Origin: Candidatus Moraniibacteriota bacterium
GTDB taxonomy: Bacteria > Patescibacteriota > Minisyncoccia > Moranbacterales > UBA1568
Assembly (NCBI GenBank): GCA_016699875.1
Contig: CP064989.1
Location: 949,332-1,013,331, forward strand
DNA length: 64,000 bases
Direction: 5' to 3'
Shown here: positions 9,191-19,687 of the stretch, piece after piece
Layout of the letters: the number at the start of each line of letters is the position of its first letter
Position numbering within the stretch: the first letter of the stretch is position 1
The notes under the pieces: generated by a model
Database searches by the model: none
Told to the model about the DNA's origin: nothing
The model's input: the letters and a program-made list of their open reading frames with translations, nothing else
Program-made: the position numbers and the translations under genes

Positions 9191-9772
9191 ATGCATCGGA
9201 AAGTGTTGACTCGTATTATTATGGCGCTCTATATTCTCTTGGGGGTTGGGTTGGTTCTCGTGGTGTGGGGGATTGCGGCATACAATAGTTTGGTGACGTT
9301 CAAGAATCGCGCCGGGGAGGCGTGGAGCGATATCGACGTGCAGTTGAAGCGTCGATATGACCTTATCCCAAATCTCGTGAACACGGTGAAGGGCTATGCC
9401 GCGCATGAGTCGGGTGTTTTTGAGAAGGTGACCGAGGCACGGAGCCAGGCGATGCAAGCGGGCGGCACAGCGGAGAAGGCGCAAGCGGAAAATATGCTCT
9501 CGGGCGCTTTGAAGAGTCTCTTTGCGGTCGCGGAAGCATATCCGGATCTCAAGGCGAATCAGAACTTTCTCGAGCTTCAGCGCGAGCTCTCCGACACGGA
9601 GAACAAGATCCAAGCATCGCGCCGTTTCTACAACGGCGTCGTAATGGAATACAACACCAAGATCGAAACCGTCCCGACCAATATCATTGCGAACATGTTT
9701 ACGTTCGCCAAGCGAGAATTCTTCGAGCTCGATGAAGAAGCGGCGAAGCAACCGGTGAAGGTGGAATTTTAG
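9191..9772 (+). CDS. lemA: LemA family protein
   Basis: N-terminal TM then [34 protein letters not shown]...[19 protein letters not shown] is canonical LemA. Confidence 0.85.
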   Translation: MHRKVLTRIIMALYILLGVGLVLVVWGIAAYNSLVTFKNRAGEAWSDIDVQLKRRYDLIPNLVNTVKGYAAHESGVFEKVTEARSQAMQAGGTAEKAQAENMLSGALKSLFAVAEAYPDLKANQNFLELQRELSDTENKIQASRRFYNGVVMEYNTKIETVPTNIIANMFTFAKREFFELDEEAAKQPVKVEF

Positions 9773-9963
9773 TTTTCCACCCTTTTTACGTGTTGTATTT
9801 TCTGCCATCCCGAGCGAAGTCGAGGGATCTCGGGATGTCACAGTGATTCGAGTTCGTTTCTTATTTTATAGGTTGACTGGTCTCTTTGACGAGCATTGGG
9901 ATTTCTCTGCTTCGGTCGAAATGACAAGAGGCTGAAGGCTGATACACTGAACAATCAGAACGT

Positions 9964-10854
9964 ATGGCAACTCTCTATACCAGTTATGACAAGAACACGC
10001 GATTGACCTGGGTGTATATGACCGGGTTCTTGGCATTTGTGATCGGAGTGGGGTATGTGTTTGCGGGAGCGATGCAGTCGAGCGGGATCCTCTATGGGGC
10101 TGTGATCTTCTCGATTCTCATGAGCTTCGGATCGTATTGGTGGAGCGACAAGATCGTGCTCGCGATGAGCGGCGCCAAAGAAGTGACTCGCGAGAACGGG
10201 CGCGAAATCTATCGATTGGTGGAGAATCTTTGTATTACGGCGGGGCTTCCGACGCCCCGGATCTATATCATCGAAGACACGGCAATGAATGCGTTCGCGA
10301 CCGGGCGCGATGCGAAGCATGGCGTGGTGTGTCTCACGACGGGTATCATTAATCGGCTCGAAAAGATAGAACTCGAAGGGGTTATTGCGCATGAGCTTTC
10401 GCATATTGGGAATCGCGATATTTTGCTTTCGACAGTGATCGTGGTGATGGTGGGATTCGTGACGCTTCTGGCTGACTGGTTTCGGCATTGGGCGTTCTTC
10501 GGACGTCGGAGCGACGATCGCGAGAGCGGGCAATTGCAGTTTATCTTTATGATCCTCGCGGTGCTACTCTCTATTCTTGCGCCGATTGCGGCGATGCTGA
10601 TGCAGCTCGCTCTCTCGCGGAAGCGAGAGTTTTTGGCGGATGCGTCGGGCGCGCTTCTCACGCGCTATCCGGAGGGACTTGCTCGGGCACTCGAGAAAAT
10701 CTCCGGTGATACGGAACCATTGGAAGCGGCGAACCGCGCAACAGCGCATCTCTATATCGCCAATCCCTTTAAGGGGAAGAATGTTGCGAAGCTTTTTATG
10801 ACTCATCCGCCAATGGAAGAGCGCATCGCAGCGCTTCGTGGGATGAAGGTGTAG
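9964..10854 (+). CDS. htpX: M48-family zinc metalloprotease HtpX
   Basis: HELSHIGNRD (HExxH) and TM helices; MTHPPMEERI C-terminus. Confidence 0.85.
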   Translation: MATLYTSYDKNTRLTWVYMTGFLAFVIGVGYVFAGAMQSSGILYGAVIFSILMSFGSYWWSDKIVLAMSGAKEVTRENGREIYRLVENLCITAGLPTPRIYIIEDTAMNAFATGRDAKHGVVCLTTGIINRLEKIELEGVIAHELSHIGNRDILLSTVIVVMVGFVTLLADWFRHWAFFGRRSDDRESGQLQFIFMILAVLLSILAPIAAMLMQLALSRKREFLADASGALLTRYPEGLARALEKISGDTEPLEAANRATAHLYIANPFKGKNVAKLFMTHPPMEERIAALRGMKV

Positions 10855-10927
10855 ACTTGGGCGGGGAGGGTGTATACTCTTTGTAGTATGGAGTGGAGGA
10901 AATTATTTATAAGAATCAACCAACACT

Positions 10928-11305
10928 ATGTCAGAAGAAACGACACAACAAGAAGAGAATGCAAAGGCGTGGGAGGCGGTGCATGAGGGAGCAGAAGCAC
11001 CGAAAGTAGACAAAGATATCGAGGAGAATAAAGTGGTGGCGGCAATCAGCTACTTGGGACCGCTCTTCTTTATCCCGCTCTTCCTCAAGCGTGAAAGCCC
11101 GTTTTGTCAGTTTCATGCCAAGCAAGGGCTTGCGTTCTTTATCGTGTGGATGATCGGGTGGGCGATTTTCTGGGTGCCGGTTTTCGGCTGGCTTCTCTGG
11201 GTGGCGGTCGCGCTGTTTGATATCTACGCGATCGTAAAAGCGCTTCAGGGTGAGAAGTGGGAAGTGCCGATAATCGGTGATCTGGCGAGAAAGATCAATA
11301 TCTAG
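10928..11305 (+). CDS. DUF4870-family small membrane protein
   Basis: ISYLGPLFFIPLFLKRESPFCQFHAKQGL...IVKALQGEKWEVPIIGD pattern. Confidence 0.5.
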   Translation: MSEETTQQEENAKAWEAVHEGAEAPKVDKDIEENKVVAAISYLGPLFFIPLFLKRESPFCQFHAKQGLAFFIVWMIGWAIFWVPVFGWLLWVAVALFDIYAIVKALQGEKWEVPIIGDLARKINI

Positions 11306-11476
11306 GTTCCCTGACACGACTCGGTAGTGTGTGCTTTTTGGCTGATATCGTCGAAGGGGCGAAGGGGAAAAAGGTGCGAACCTTTTTTCTTTTGCCTTTC
11401 GAGGGCTTTCCTGATAGGATGTTTCGGGTGATTTGAATAAACTTTTTGGGCGTTCTCTATTTTCAACAAAAACAGT

Positions 11477-12907
11477 ATGAAAAAGAATACGAAAATTGTG
11501 GCGACGATCGGACCGGCGTCGGAGTCGAAAGAGAAACTGCGAGAGATGGTGGAAGCGGGGATGAACGTGGTGCGGCTCAACTTTTCCCATGGCGAGCACG
11601 AGTGGCACGAAATGGTGATCAATCGCGTGCGCGAAGTGTCGGAAGAATTGAAGCGACCGATCGCGATCTTGGCCGATATCCAGGGTCCGCGAATTCGGAC
11701 AAAGGTGGATGAACCGTTTCGCGTGGCGAAGGGTGACGCGGTATTCGTGGGTGATATTTCCAATGAAGCGGAATTTCCCAAGACGCGCGGGCATTGGTTT
11801 TTCTTGGATCAGCCGAATATTGTACATGATATCAGTGTCGATGATCTGATTCTCTTGGAAGACGGACTCTTGCAGTTTCGTGTGATGAAGAAGGAGGGGA
11901 ATGTTCTCGAACTCGAGGCGATCAATGATGGCGAAGTGAAGAATCGAAAGGGTGTAAACTTGCCGGACTCCTTGCTTTCGCTGCCGGTCTTTACCGAGAA
12001 AGATAAGAAAGATATTCAATTTGTCGCCGGGCAGAGTGTTGACTATGTAGGGATGTCGTTTGTGGGAAACGCGGAAAATGTGAAGTCGTTCCGTGCACTT
12101 CTTGCGGAAACCGGCATGCCGGAGTCGGAATTTCCGAAAATCGTGGTAAAGATAGAGCGAAAAGAAGCTATCAAGAATCTCCACGAGATTATTCGCGAGG
12201 CGGATGCGGTTATGGTGGCGCGTGGCGATTTGGGCATTGAAATGCCGGAAACGCGCGTCGCGATTCTGCAAAAAGAAATCATCGCGGCGAGCCTCTCGGC
12301 GGTGCGTCCGGTTATCGTGGCGACGCAGATGATGAAGTCCATGACGGAGAATCCTCGCCCGACCAGAGCCGAGGTGAGCGATGTGACGAATGCGGTGATT
12401 GATCATGCGGATGCCGTGATGCTATCGGAAGAGTCGGCGATGGGGAAGTATCCGGTCGAGACGATTCGCACAATGAGTGAAATTATTGCGAATACCGAGG
12501 AGTCGCCCTTTGACAATGTTTATCAGACAATCGGCATGAATCTCCGCTCCGAATACGCAACCATGGTGCGGAGCGTCTACGAGCTTGCCAAGAGCTATGA
12601 TGCCGAAATTATCCTCCTCATGAGTGAGAGCGGCTTCACGGCGCGGCTCATGTCGCATTTTCGTCCAGACTCGCGACTCTTCGTGGCGACGAACAATCAG
12701 AAGGCATGGAACCGCATGGCGCTTTTCTGGGGAGTTGACGCGACGCTTTTTGCGGATAATACTCAACTCGACGGCATTATCGACCGCCTCATCGAGAAAC
12801 TCCTCGCCGAAGGCAAGGTCAAGAAGGGCGAGCGCGCCGTCCTCTGCCTCGGACGCCACCGAAAGAACGACCAGCTCCAATTGGTCGGCGTGCGAGAGAT
12901 TGGATAG
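11477..12907 (+). CDS. pyk: Pyruvate kinase
   Basis: MKKNTKIVATIGPAS...VRLNFSHG...MVARGDLGIE motifs. Confidence 0.9.
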   Translation: MKKNTKIVATIGPASESKEKLREMVEAGMNVVRLNFSHGEHEWHEMVINRVREVSEELKRPIAILADIQGPRIRTKVDEPFRVAKGDAVFVGDISNEAEFPKTRGHWFFLDQPNIVHDISVDDLILLEDGLLQFRVMKKEGNVLELEAINDGEVKNRKGVNLPDSLLSLPVFTEKDKKDIQFVAGQSVDYVGMSFVGNAENVKSFRALLAETGMPESEFPKIVVKIERKEAIKNLHEIIREADAVMVARGDLGIEMPETRVAILQKEIIAASLSAVRPVIVATQMMKSMTENPRPTRAEVSDVTNAVIDHADAVMLSEESAMGKYPVETIRTMSEIIANTEESPFDNVYQTIGMNLRSEYATMVRSVYELAKSYDAEIILLMSESGFTARLMSHFRPDSRLFVATNNQKAWNRMALFWGVDATLFADNTQLDGIIDRLIEKLLAEGKVKKGERAVLCLGRHRKNDQLQLVGVREIG

Positions 12908-12978
12908 GTGTTTTCTAGGGTTGCAATCAAAATTTCAGGCGGTTCCCATTGTGAAAACCAGGCTGGGAACCGTATTTT

Positions 12979-13068
12979 GGAAGGGTGCTAGAGTGGTCGA
13001 ATAGGACAGTCTCGAAAACTGTTGTACCGGCAACGGTACCGTGGGTTCGAATCCCACCCCTTCCGCCA
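12979..13068 (+). tRNA. tRNA-Ser (anticodon CGA), type II with long variable arm, CCA encoded
   Basis: Acceptor GGAAGGG/CCCTTCC, anticodon loop CUCGAAA, variable-arm hairpin GTACCG-GCAA-CGGTAC, T-arm GTGGGTTCGAATCCCAC, 3' GCCA. Confidence 0.8.
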
Positions 13069-13135
13069 AGGAGGATAGAGTTCTTTACTAGGAAGTTTGC
13101 ATGGTAATTGTCACATACGAGAGAGGTTTCTTGCA

Positions 13136-13777
13136 ATGAGAAAGTTTGTGTTGGGCGTGTTGGAATTTCTTGGAATCACGAGCTACTTCTTTTGGACATA
13201 TCGTTCAATTGATGAATTGCTCGACTTGCTTGATGAAGATCATCGGCTTCCGTGCCGGATATTTCTTCGGGAAAACCGAGAATTGTTCGAATCTGCTCCT
13301 GGGTCAAGTGCGAATCACCAGTGTTGGCGCGGTGGATATATAGATCATCTGACAGAGATAATGAATTTGGGAGTATGGCTCTATACGACACTGAAGAAAA
13401 AGACGAGTCGACCTTTGCCATTTTCTCTTTCTGATCTTCTCCTGGTGCTCTTTCTGCACGATCTCGAAAAGCCGTGGAAATATGAGATGGATGAAGACGG
13501 AAGTTTGCGGTACAGGAGCGGTGTAAAGACAAAGGCTGAACAGAAGAGATTTCGGGCGGATAAGATTCATGCGGCTGGAATCGTCCTTACTCCTGCACAG
13601 CAAAACGGACTGGATTTTGCAGAAGGGGAAATCGAAGATCACTCAGCATCTTATCGGTGTATGGGTGAGCTTGGGGCGCTTGTTCATGCATGCGATGTTC
13701 TAAGTGCGCGACTCTTCTATGGTTATCCGCTTGCGAGTGATGATCCGTGGACTGGCGCGAAACGATTTCGTTCGTAA
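13136..13777 (+). CDS. Hypothetical protein, possible HD-domain phosphohydrolase
   Basis: GGYIDHLTEIM ... VLFLHDLEKPW spacing resembles H...HD motifs; an alternative start at 13097 is possible. Confidence 0.35.
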   Translation: MRKFVLGVLEFLGITSYFFWTYRSIDELLDLLDEDHRLPCRIFLRENRELFESAPGSSANHQCWRGGYIDHLTEIMNLGVWLYTTLKKKTSRPLPFSLSDLLLVLFLHDLEKPWKYEMDEDGSLRYRSGVKTKAEQKRFRADKIHAAGIVLTPAQQNGLDFAEGEIEDHSASYRCMGELGALVHACDVLSARLFYGYPLASDDPWTGAKRFRS

Positions 13778-13908
13778 CTTCTAAAATAAGCCCGTCTCTC
13801 TTTGCAAGAAGAAGACGGGCTGTTCTTTTTCAAGGATATGTTCTTGTGTTAAAATAGCCAGAAAACTTATTACCTAGGCTTTTGTTACAAAAATAAGAAC
13901 CATATTTT

Positions 13909-14658
13909 ATGAAACTCTCTCACAATACAATTATAGTTACGGGCGGGGGATCGGGGATTGGGCGCGAGCTTGCAAGGCGGTGGCAGGCAGCTGGCAATAC
14001 CGTGATCGTTGCTGGTCGGAATATGAATAACTTACGCGAAACGATTGGAGATTTGGAAAACATGTATGCATACGAGCTTGATGTGGCGAACGAGGAGAGC
14101 ATTGAGTCATTTGCAAAGGCGGTGATCGTGGAGCATCCCGATGTGAATGTGCTTGTGAACAATGCGGGCATTATGGGATTTGAGAATATCACCGCTAGGC
14201 GCGAGATAGATCACGCGGAAAATGTTGTTAACACGAATTTGCTGGGACCAATCCGTCTTATTAATGCGTTTATTGATCACTTGTGCGCAGTGAAAGACGC
14301 GGCGATAGTGAATGTTACTTCCGGACTGGCCTTTGTGCCACTGCCGATTTCGCCGACGTATTCTGCGAGCAAGGCGGCGATGCATTCATATACACAGTCG
14401 CTTCGCCGTCAGCTTGATGGAGAGATCGAGGTGATCGAAATCGCTCCGCCCGGCGTGAGAACCGAGCTCAATCCCGGGCAGAGTGAGAATGAGGAGTACA
14501 TGCCGCTTGATGCATTTGCCGATGAAGTTATGACGCTCCTGCAACAAGAACCGACACCGTCGGAAATACTCGTCGAAAAAGTGAAACCTCTCCGCTTCGC
14601 CGAGCGAGATTCGAAATTCGACATCATTCTGAAAAACATGCCGGCGAAACTGAATTAA
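13909..14658 (+). CDS. SDR-family short-chain dehydrogenase/reductase
   Basis: TGGGSGIGRELA, NNAG, YSASKAA motifs. Confidence 0.8.
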   Translation: MKLSHNTIIVTGGGSGIGRELARRWQAAGNTVIVAGRNMNNLRETIGDLENMYAYELDVANEESIESFAKAVIVEHPDVNVLVNNAGIMGFENITARREIDHAENVVNTNLLGPIRLINAFIDHLCAVKDAAIVNVTSGLAFVPLPISPTYSASKAAMHSYTQSLRRQLDGEIEVIEIAPPGVRTELNPGQSENEEYMPLDAFADEVMTLLQQEPTPSEILVEKVKPLRFAERDSKFDIILKNMPAKLN

Positions 14659-14670
14659 TTTTTCGAGAGT

Positions 14671-15777
14671 ATGAATAGGAAACTTCGAGTCGGAATAATT
14701 TTTGGCGGAAAATCAGCGGAACATGAAGTATCGCTCCAATCGGCGAAGAATGTTGTGGATGCTCTTGATACGGAGAAATACGAAGTGACCTTGATTGGTA
14801 TTGATAGGAGTGGTCGGTGGCTGCTGCCGAATCAATCCCGATTTCTTCTCGATGAAAACAATCCGAAGCTTGTCAAACTCAACGAAGAAAATGCGCAGAA
14901 GGTTGCGTTGGCTCTAGAGGGTGGTGGCGAACTCACGAATCTTTCCGATAGCCAGCCACATGCTTCGGTTGATGTGGTGTTCCCACTTTTGCACTGACCA
15001 TTTGGAGAGGATGGCACGGTGCAGGGACTCTTGAAATTAGCAAATGTTCCTTTTGTGGGCTCAAGTGTGCTTGGTTCGGCTCTTGGTATGGATAAGGACG
15101 TAATGAAGCGGCTCTTGCAAGGCGAGGGTGTTCCCGTCGCAAAATTCCTTACATTCAGAAATGGTGATGCTCCGGAATTCGAGAATGTGAAGGAAACGCT
15201 TGGGATGCCGGTATTTGTAAAGCCTGCCAATCTTGGTTCCTCAGTCGGCGTGAGCAAAGTGAGGGATCAAGAAGAATTTGAAACGGCAGTAGCGTATGCT
15301 TTTCGATATGATACGAAGATTCTTATTGAAGAAATGATTGCTGGGCGCGAGATAGAGTGTGGGGTGCTCGGCAATCAAAATCCTGTCGCTTCTGTTGTTG
15401 GGGAGGTACTTTCAAATCACGAATTCTATTCGTATGAGGCGAAATATACCGATGAAAATGGAGCGATGCTCAAGATACCGGCGGATATTTCTGAGAAGAC
15501 GCGAAAGAATGTTCAGGAACTCTCCGTGAAGGTATTTCAATCGTTTGAATGTGAAGGGCTGGGTCGCATAGATTTCTTCTTGAAGGAAAACGGGGAAATC
15601 TTCGTAAATGAGATAAATACGATGCCGGGATTTACAAATGCGAGTATGTATCCACCCCTTTGGGAAGCAAGTGGTATCTCGTACGGTGATTTGATTGACC
15701 GGTTGATTCAGCTTGCTATCGAACGGTTCGAACGGGAACGAAACCTGAAAACATCACGCAGTTTGCAAGTGGGATAG
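14671..15777 (+). pseudogene. ddl: D-alanine--D-alanine ligase interrupted by a single in-frame TGA (14995-14997) at the conserved Gly of the HGxxGEDG motif; otherwise full-length
   Basis: ORFs 14671-14997 and 15019-15777 are in the same frame; sequence ...[30 protein letters not shown]...; downstream ATP-grasp motifs intact. Confidence 0.8.
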
Positions 15778-15950
15778 ACGTACAATCTTGAAAGATAGTA
15801 GGATGTCTTTGATTTGCCAATGCTCCCTGTGTGCAGGGAGCATTGCTCTTGCAGCAGCGGTTTTTGGATGCTGTTGTGTGGTGGCTGTGAAGACAGTGCG
15901 TTTGGATATACAATGGAAGCAGAAAATGTTCGAAAGATTAAGGAGAATGT

Positions 15951-17975
15951 ATGTCTATCAAAAAAATGGCTCCGGTGTTGCTTGTGACATTGCCGGTCGG
16001 GATATTTGTTGTGGCGTGGATGCTTGCGGCGCATTCGATACTCTTCCGTCCATTTGATTCGATACCGCCAGGATCATTGTCAGCTTCGCCTTCACCGGCA
16101 GCGGTTTCTCATACGGAAACTGAGAAACAAAATGTTGCGGCGCCGGATGATGTGCCTGTCAAGTCAACAACTCCGGAGCCGAAAATATTTTCGGAATTTA
16201 CCGAGAACGATATACGTAAAGGGTATGTTCGATGGCAGGATCCTGTGGATATGGGCGATTTGGGATGGACCAACCATGAGGTGTACTCGGGAACGTATGA
16301 GGGCGATGATGGATATTCCGGCGGCGTGCGGTATGTCAAAGTGGGAACGATAATAAAGGGAAAATACTCGGGATCGGATATAATCGTGGTTGCCTCGTGG
16401 ATATTCTCAAGCGACTATCCCCGAAATAACGCGCCGGAGATTGCGCATTACCTGCGTGGCGCAAACGGCGTTATTCGACTTCCCAATGCTGATGTTGCTA
16501 ATGGCGAGATCGGAAAAAATCCTCCGACAAGTCCCGCAGCGACGAAGGCTGAGGATGAGTCGGGGAAGACTATAATGGATATTAAGGCTCCCAACGAACA
16601 GGTTGACTTTGAGACGAGGATTGAGGATCTTGCCGGGTATGGCTTGGAATTTCAAGGAGAAAACGATCGGGAAGTATTCGTACGGGACACGTATTCTCCC
16701 AAAGCGTTTTTCTCGGAACATAATCTGAAGTCGGTTTTTACACATTCCGATCTTGGGAAAGTGTGGATGACAGTTGCTCCCGTAAAAAATGATGATCGTA
16801 CGGAGCTGAACAGTTATATAGAGCGTAGTACCATATATGATAGCGAGACGAATACGTATAAACAGGATGCTCATGGCAAATACATCCGTGTAGAGAAAAA
16901 GAAATACTATAGCCCTGTGGTTGTCGGAGGTTTTTATGTCAAGAGACCGGATGGCATTATGGAGACGTATCGGCTGAAGTTTGATATCTTCGATAAGTTC
17001 GATCGTGACGGAGTGCTTGAAGCGACATGGAGCGACGGATCCCGAAATGAGACGAGCTATGAAGAGTATCCGAGCGGATGCGGTACGGGATCCTATGCCT
17101 ATGATGAAACGGGATCTGTAAGTATTAAAAACGATTTGACGGTCGTCGGGAAAACGGACAAGGGAGATATTCTCTACGGATATCGAGACTCTCATCCGTA
17201 CTTGAAAAAATATTTCAACGACACATATCTTCCTTCATTGGAGATGCGTAGGAAATGGCAGGGCGCTTCTTCCGGCGCGGCGACAACAACTGCGGACACT
17301 GATACTGTGTCGGAGTGGGGAACATTTTTGTCGAAGCGCCCGATAGTATTTTGGGTTGATCCTGTTGGTCGATTGTTGGCTTTCTACAACACAGAGACTA
17401 TGGAACTTGCGGAATGCGGGAAACCGGTCGTATACCTGTATCCGAAGAACACATTGGATGTATCGGTTCGTGTCTTTCCAAATGAGGGAGTCTCCGTTTC
17501 GAAGCCACCGTACGAAGACGGCTGGAATGTGCAGGCTCGACCGGATGGAACACTTCTCAATTATGTGGATGGAAAAACATACCCGTATCTTTTTTGGGAA
17601 GGAGGGAGCAATGTTCTCTATCAGGCTCCGGAAAAGGGATTTGTGACATCTCGCGAGAATCTCTCGGCGTTTTTCGATGAGAAGTTGTCGCAGGCCGGCC
17701 TCTCCGCAAAAGAAGCAGCTGACTTCAAGGAGTTTTGGATCCCTCGCATGGAAGCGCTTGAGAACCCGTATTATTTCGTGACATTTCTTGCGCAGGAAGA
17801 GATTGATCGAATCGCTCCGCTTGTGGTAGCTCCGACTCCGGATACGATAATTCGGGTCATGATGGATTTCCGGGGGATGGATCGCTGGGAGAATGTTCCG
17901 GGACTTTTGCTTCACGCGCCGGAGCGAAAAGGATTTACTGCGGTTGAATGGGGAGGAAGGTTGGGAAAGAAATAA
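15951..17975 (+). CDS. Large membrane-anchored (N-terminal TM) hypothetical extracellular protein, 674 aa
   Basis: MSIKKMAPVLLVTLPVGIFVVAWMLAA TM anchor; no recognisable catalytic motifs. Confidence 0.5.
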   Translation: MSIKKMAPVLLVTLPVGIFVVAWMLAAHSILFRPFDSIPPGSLSASPSPAAVSHTETEKQNVAAPDDVPVKSTTPEPKIFSEFTENDIRKGYVRWQDPVDMGDLGWTNHEVYSGTYEGDDGYSGGVRYVKVGTIIKGKYSGSDIIVVASWIFSSDYPRNNAPEIAHYLRGANGVIRLPNADVANGEIGKNPPTSPAATKAEDESGKTIMDIKAPNEQVDFETRIEDLAGYGLEFQGENDREVFVRDTYSPKAFFSEHNLKSVFTHSDLGKVWMTVAPVKNDDRTELNSYIERSTIYDSETNTYKQDAHGKYIRVEKKKYYSPVVVGGFYVKRPDGIMETYRLKFDIFDKFDRDGVLEATWSDGSRNETSYEEYPSGCGTGSYAYDETGSVSIKNDLTVVGKTDKGDILYGYRDSHPYLKKYFNDTYLPSLEMRRKWQGASSGAATTTADTDTVSEWGTFLSKRPIVFWVDPVGRLLAFYNTETMELAECGKPVVYLYPKNTLDVSVRVFPNEGVSVSKPPYEDGWNVQARPDGTLLNYVDGKTYPYLFWEGGSNVLYQAPEKGFVTSRENLSAFFDEKLSQAGLSAKEAADFKEFWIPRMEALENPYYFVTFLAQEEIDRIAPLVVAPTPDTIIRVMMDFRGMDRWENVPGLLLHAPERKGFTAVEWGGRLGKK

Positions 17976-17979
17976 CGCT

Positions 17980-19542
17980 ATGGGCGGATGGCGGCACCCT
18001 ACTATATGGGTCATCGGGTTTTTTCTGTTGATAGGCATTCTTCTTGTTTTGATCTTTGTGGTCTTTCAGACAAACGAGTTATCAAAACGCCCTTCGAAAG
18101 AAGCGACGACGTGCTTTAATTTTTCGCGAGTATCCGTTTTGATTGTGCCGCATCATTTGGTGGCGGATTCTTTTATAGATGCCGCTTTTCAGAGAGTAAG
18201 TAAGAAAATCGATGGCAATGCTGTCAACCGAGTCATACTGTTGAGTCCGAATCACTTTGGAGTGGGAAGGGATTGGATTGTCGGCGCCAACCAAGACTGG
18301 GAGACTCCGTCAGGAACATTGAAGGCTGACACGGGTGCTTTATGGGAACTTCGGGACAGTGTTTTTATCGGCGATACCATTCTCGATCGCGAACACGGCG
18401 TTCGTAATATTTTTCCGTTCATAAAGAAATACTTCCCTCGCGCTACTGTGGTACCTCTTGTGTTGCACGACGGTCTTCCGCATGAAGAATCGGATGATTT
18501 GGCAGAGCGTCTGAGTATGCTTTCCGATACGCATACGCTTCTCGTTGTGTCGGCTGATTTTTCGCATTATCTGGATTGGAATTTTTCGCGGTTTCACGAT
18601 GATGAAGCGATAGAGGTTCTTTCTCATAATGAGCTGTCTCGTGTCGATACATTGGATGTGGATTGTTCGGTGTGTCTTCGCGTTGCTATGGAGTATGCCT
18701 CCCTGCGGAACGCCTCAAATTTCCAACTGCTTTCGCGATCAAGCTCTTTGTCGATGCTCGGATCAAACATTGTCGGTAGTGAGACGAGTCATATAACAGG
18801 GTATTTTTCTTCAGAAGAGTCGCTTCCGGAGAATGACGGCGATTCTGCGAAGCTGCTCTTCTCGGGAGATATCCTTCCGTGGCGGATGACAGAGGCGTCG
18901 CGGCGAATATTTATGGCGCAAGACGGAGATATTTTCGAAGAGAATGGAAAAACAAATGTTGGCGTGTTTCGTCCGGATTCGGAAGAGATGATGTCTGATG
19001 TTGAACAAGTCGTGGAGCCGGGAAAACCGTTCTCTACGCGTACAATAGATGGGAATCGAGTAACTTTCATTGATGCGGGTATCGAAAGTCGAAGTCCGGA
19101 AAATCGTGTACAGGATATAGGTGTCGCAAAAGAAGAGGGTGGCAGAGTCATTGTTCTGTGGGGAAATTCATTCTTCTCTCTCGACATTGCACGGATGTAT
19201 ATTGTCGCAGGAGCCGACCTGGTAATCGGGAAAGATCAGGCATCGATTGAATCGACAGAGGTTTATCGCGGAAAGTTCATCTTTCCTTCATTGGGTAGTG
19301 TGTCGCCAAATTGCCAATCGTCGAGCGAAACATGTCTGGAAATAATTCTTGGCGTCGATTTTTCTCGTAAGAATATGAAATATGTCTTTATGCCGGTACG
19401 CGTGAATAGCGATGGGCAAGTGGCACTGGCGACTGGTGACAAGAGAAAGGAGAGCCTGGAGAAGCTGTCAGAACACGTGTCGGACCCATCCCTCCGAAAG
19501 GAGATTCTCGAAGGTGTCTTGAGTATGTCGGCGGAGAGATAA
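17980..19542 (+). CDS. Membrane-anchored MEMO1-family (AmmeMemoRadiSam system protein B-like) domain fused to a degenerate CapA/PGA_cap-like C-terminal domain
   Basis: LIVPHHLVADSF, LLSPNHFG, LLVVSADFSHYL (Memo-type His/Asp positions); C-terminal LLFSGDILPWR...AGADLVIGKDQ...GKFIFPSLG parallels CapA motifs with catalytic His replaced. Confidence 0.45.
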   Translation: MGGWRHPTIWVIGFFLLIGILLVLIFVVFQTNELSKRPSKEATTCFNFSRVSVLIVPHHLVADSFIDAAFQRVSKKIDGNAVNRVILLSPNHFGVGRDWIVGANQDWETPSGTLKADTGALWELRDSVFIGDTILDREHGVRNIFPFIKKYFPRATVVPLVLHDGLPHEESDDLAERLSMLSDTHTLLVVSADFSHYLDWNFSRFHDDEAIEVLSHNELSRVDTLDVDCSVCLRVAMEYASLRNASNFQLLSRSSSLSMLGSNIVGSETSHITGYFSSEESLPENDGDSAKLLFSGDILPWRMTEASRRIFMAQDGDIFEENGKTNVGVFRPDSEEMMSDVEQVVEPGKPFSTRTIDGNRVTFIDAGIESRSPENRVQDIGVAKEEGGRVIVLWGNSFFSLDIARMYIVAGADLVIGKDQASIESTEVYRGKFIFPSLGSVSPNCQSSSETCLEIILGVDFSRKNMKYVFMPVRVNSDGQVALATGDKRKESLEKLSEHVSDPSLRKEILEGVLSMSAER

Positions 19543-19687
19543 TGCAGGATGGTTTATGTTTGAGAATGGCTAACTCCGCCCCGGTGAAATGCAGAGAGGA
19601 ATTTGACAATTCGTTGTGGAGCGTCGAGAATGATTGTGCGTTTCTTTTTGTTTTTAGAGACTCGCTTTCGAGCGAGGATCGTGTTGT

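Noticed and set aside
12927-13136. 69-aa minus-strand ORF
   Set aside because: Overlaps the tRNA-Ser gene completely; spurious
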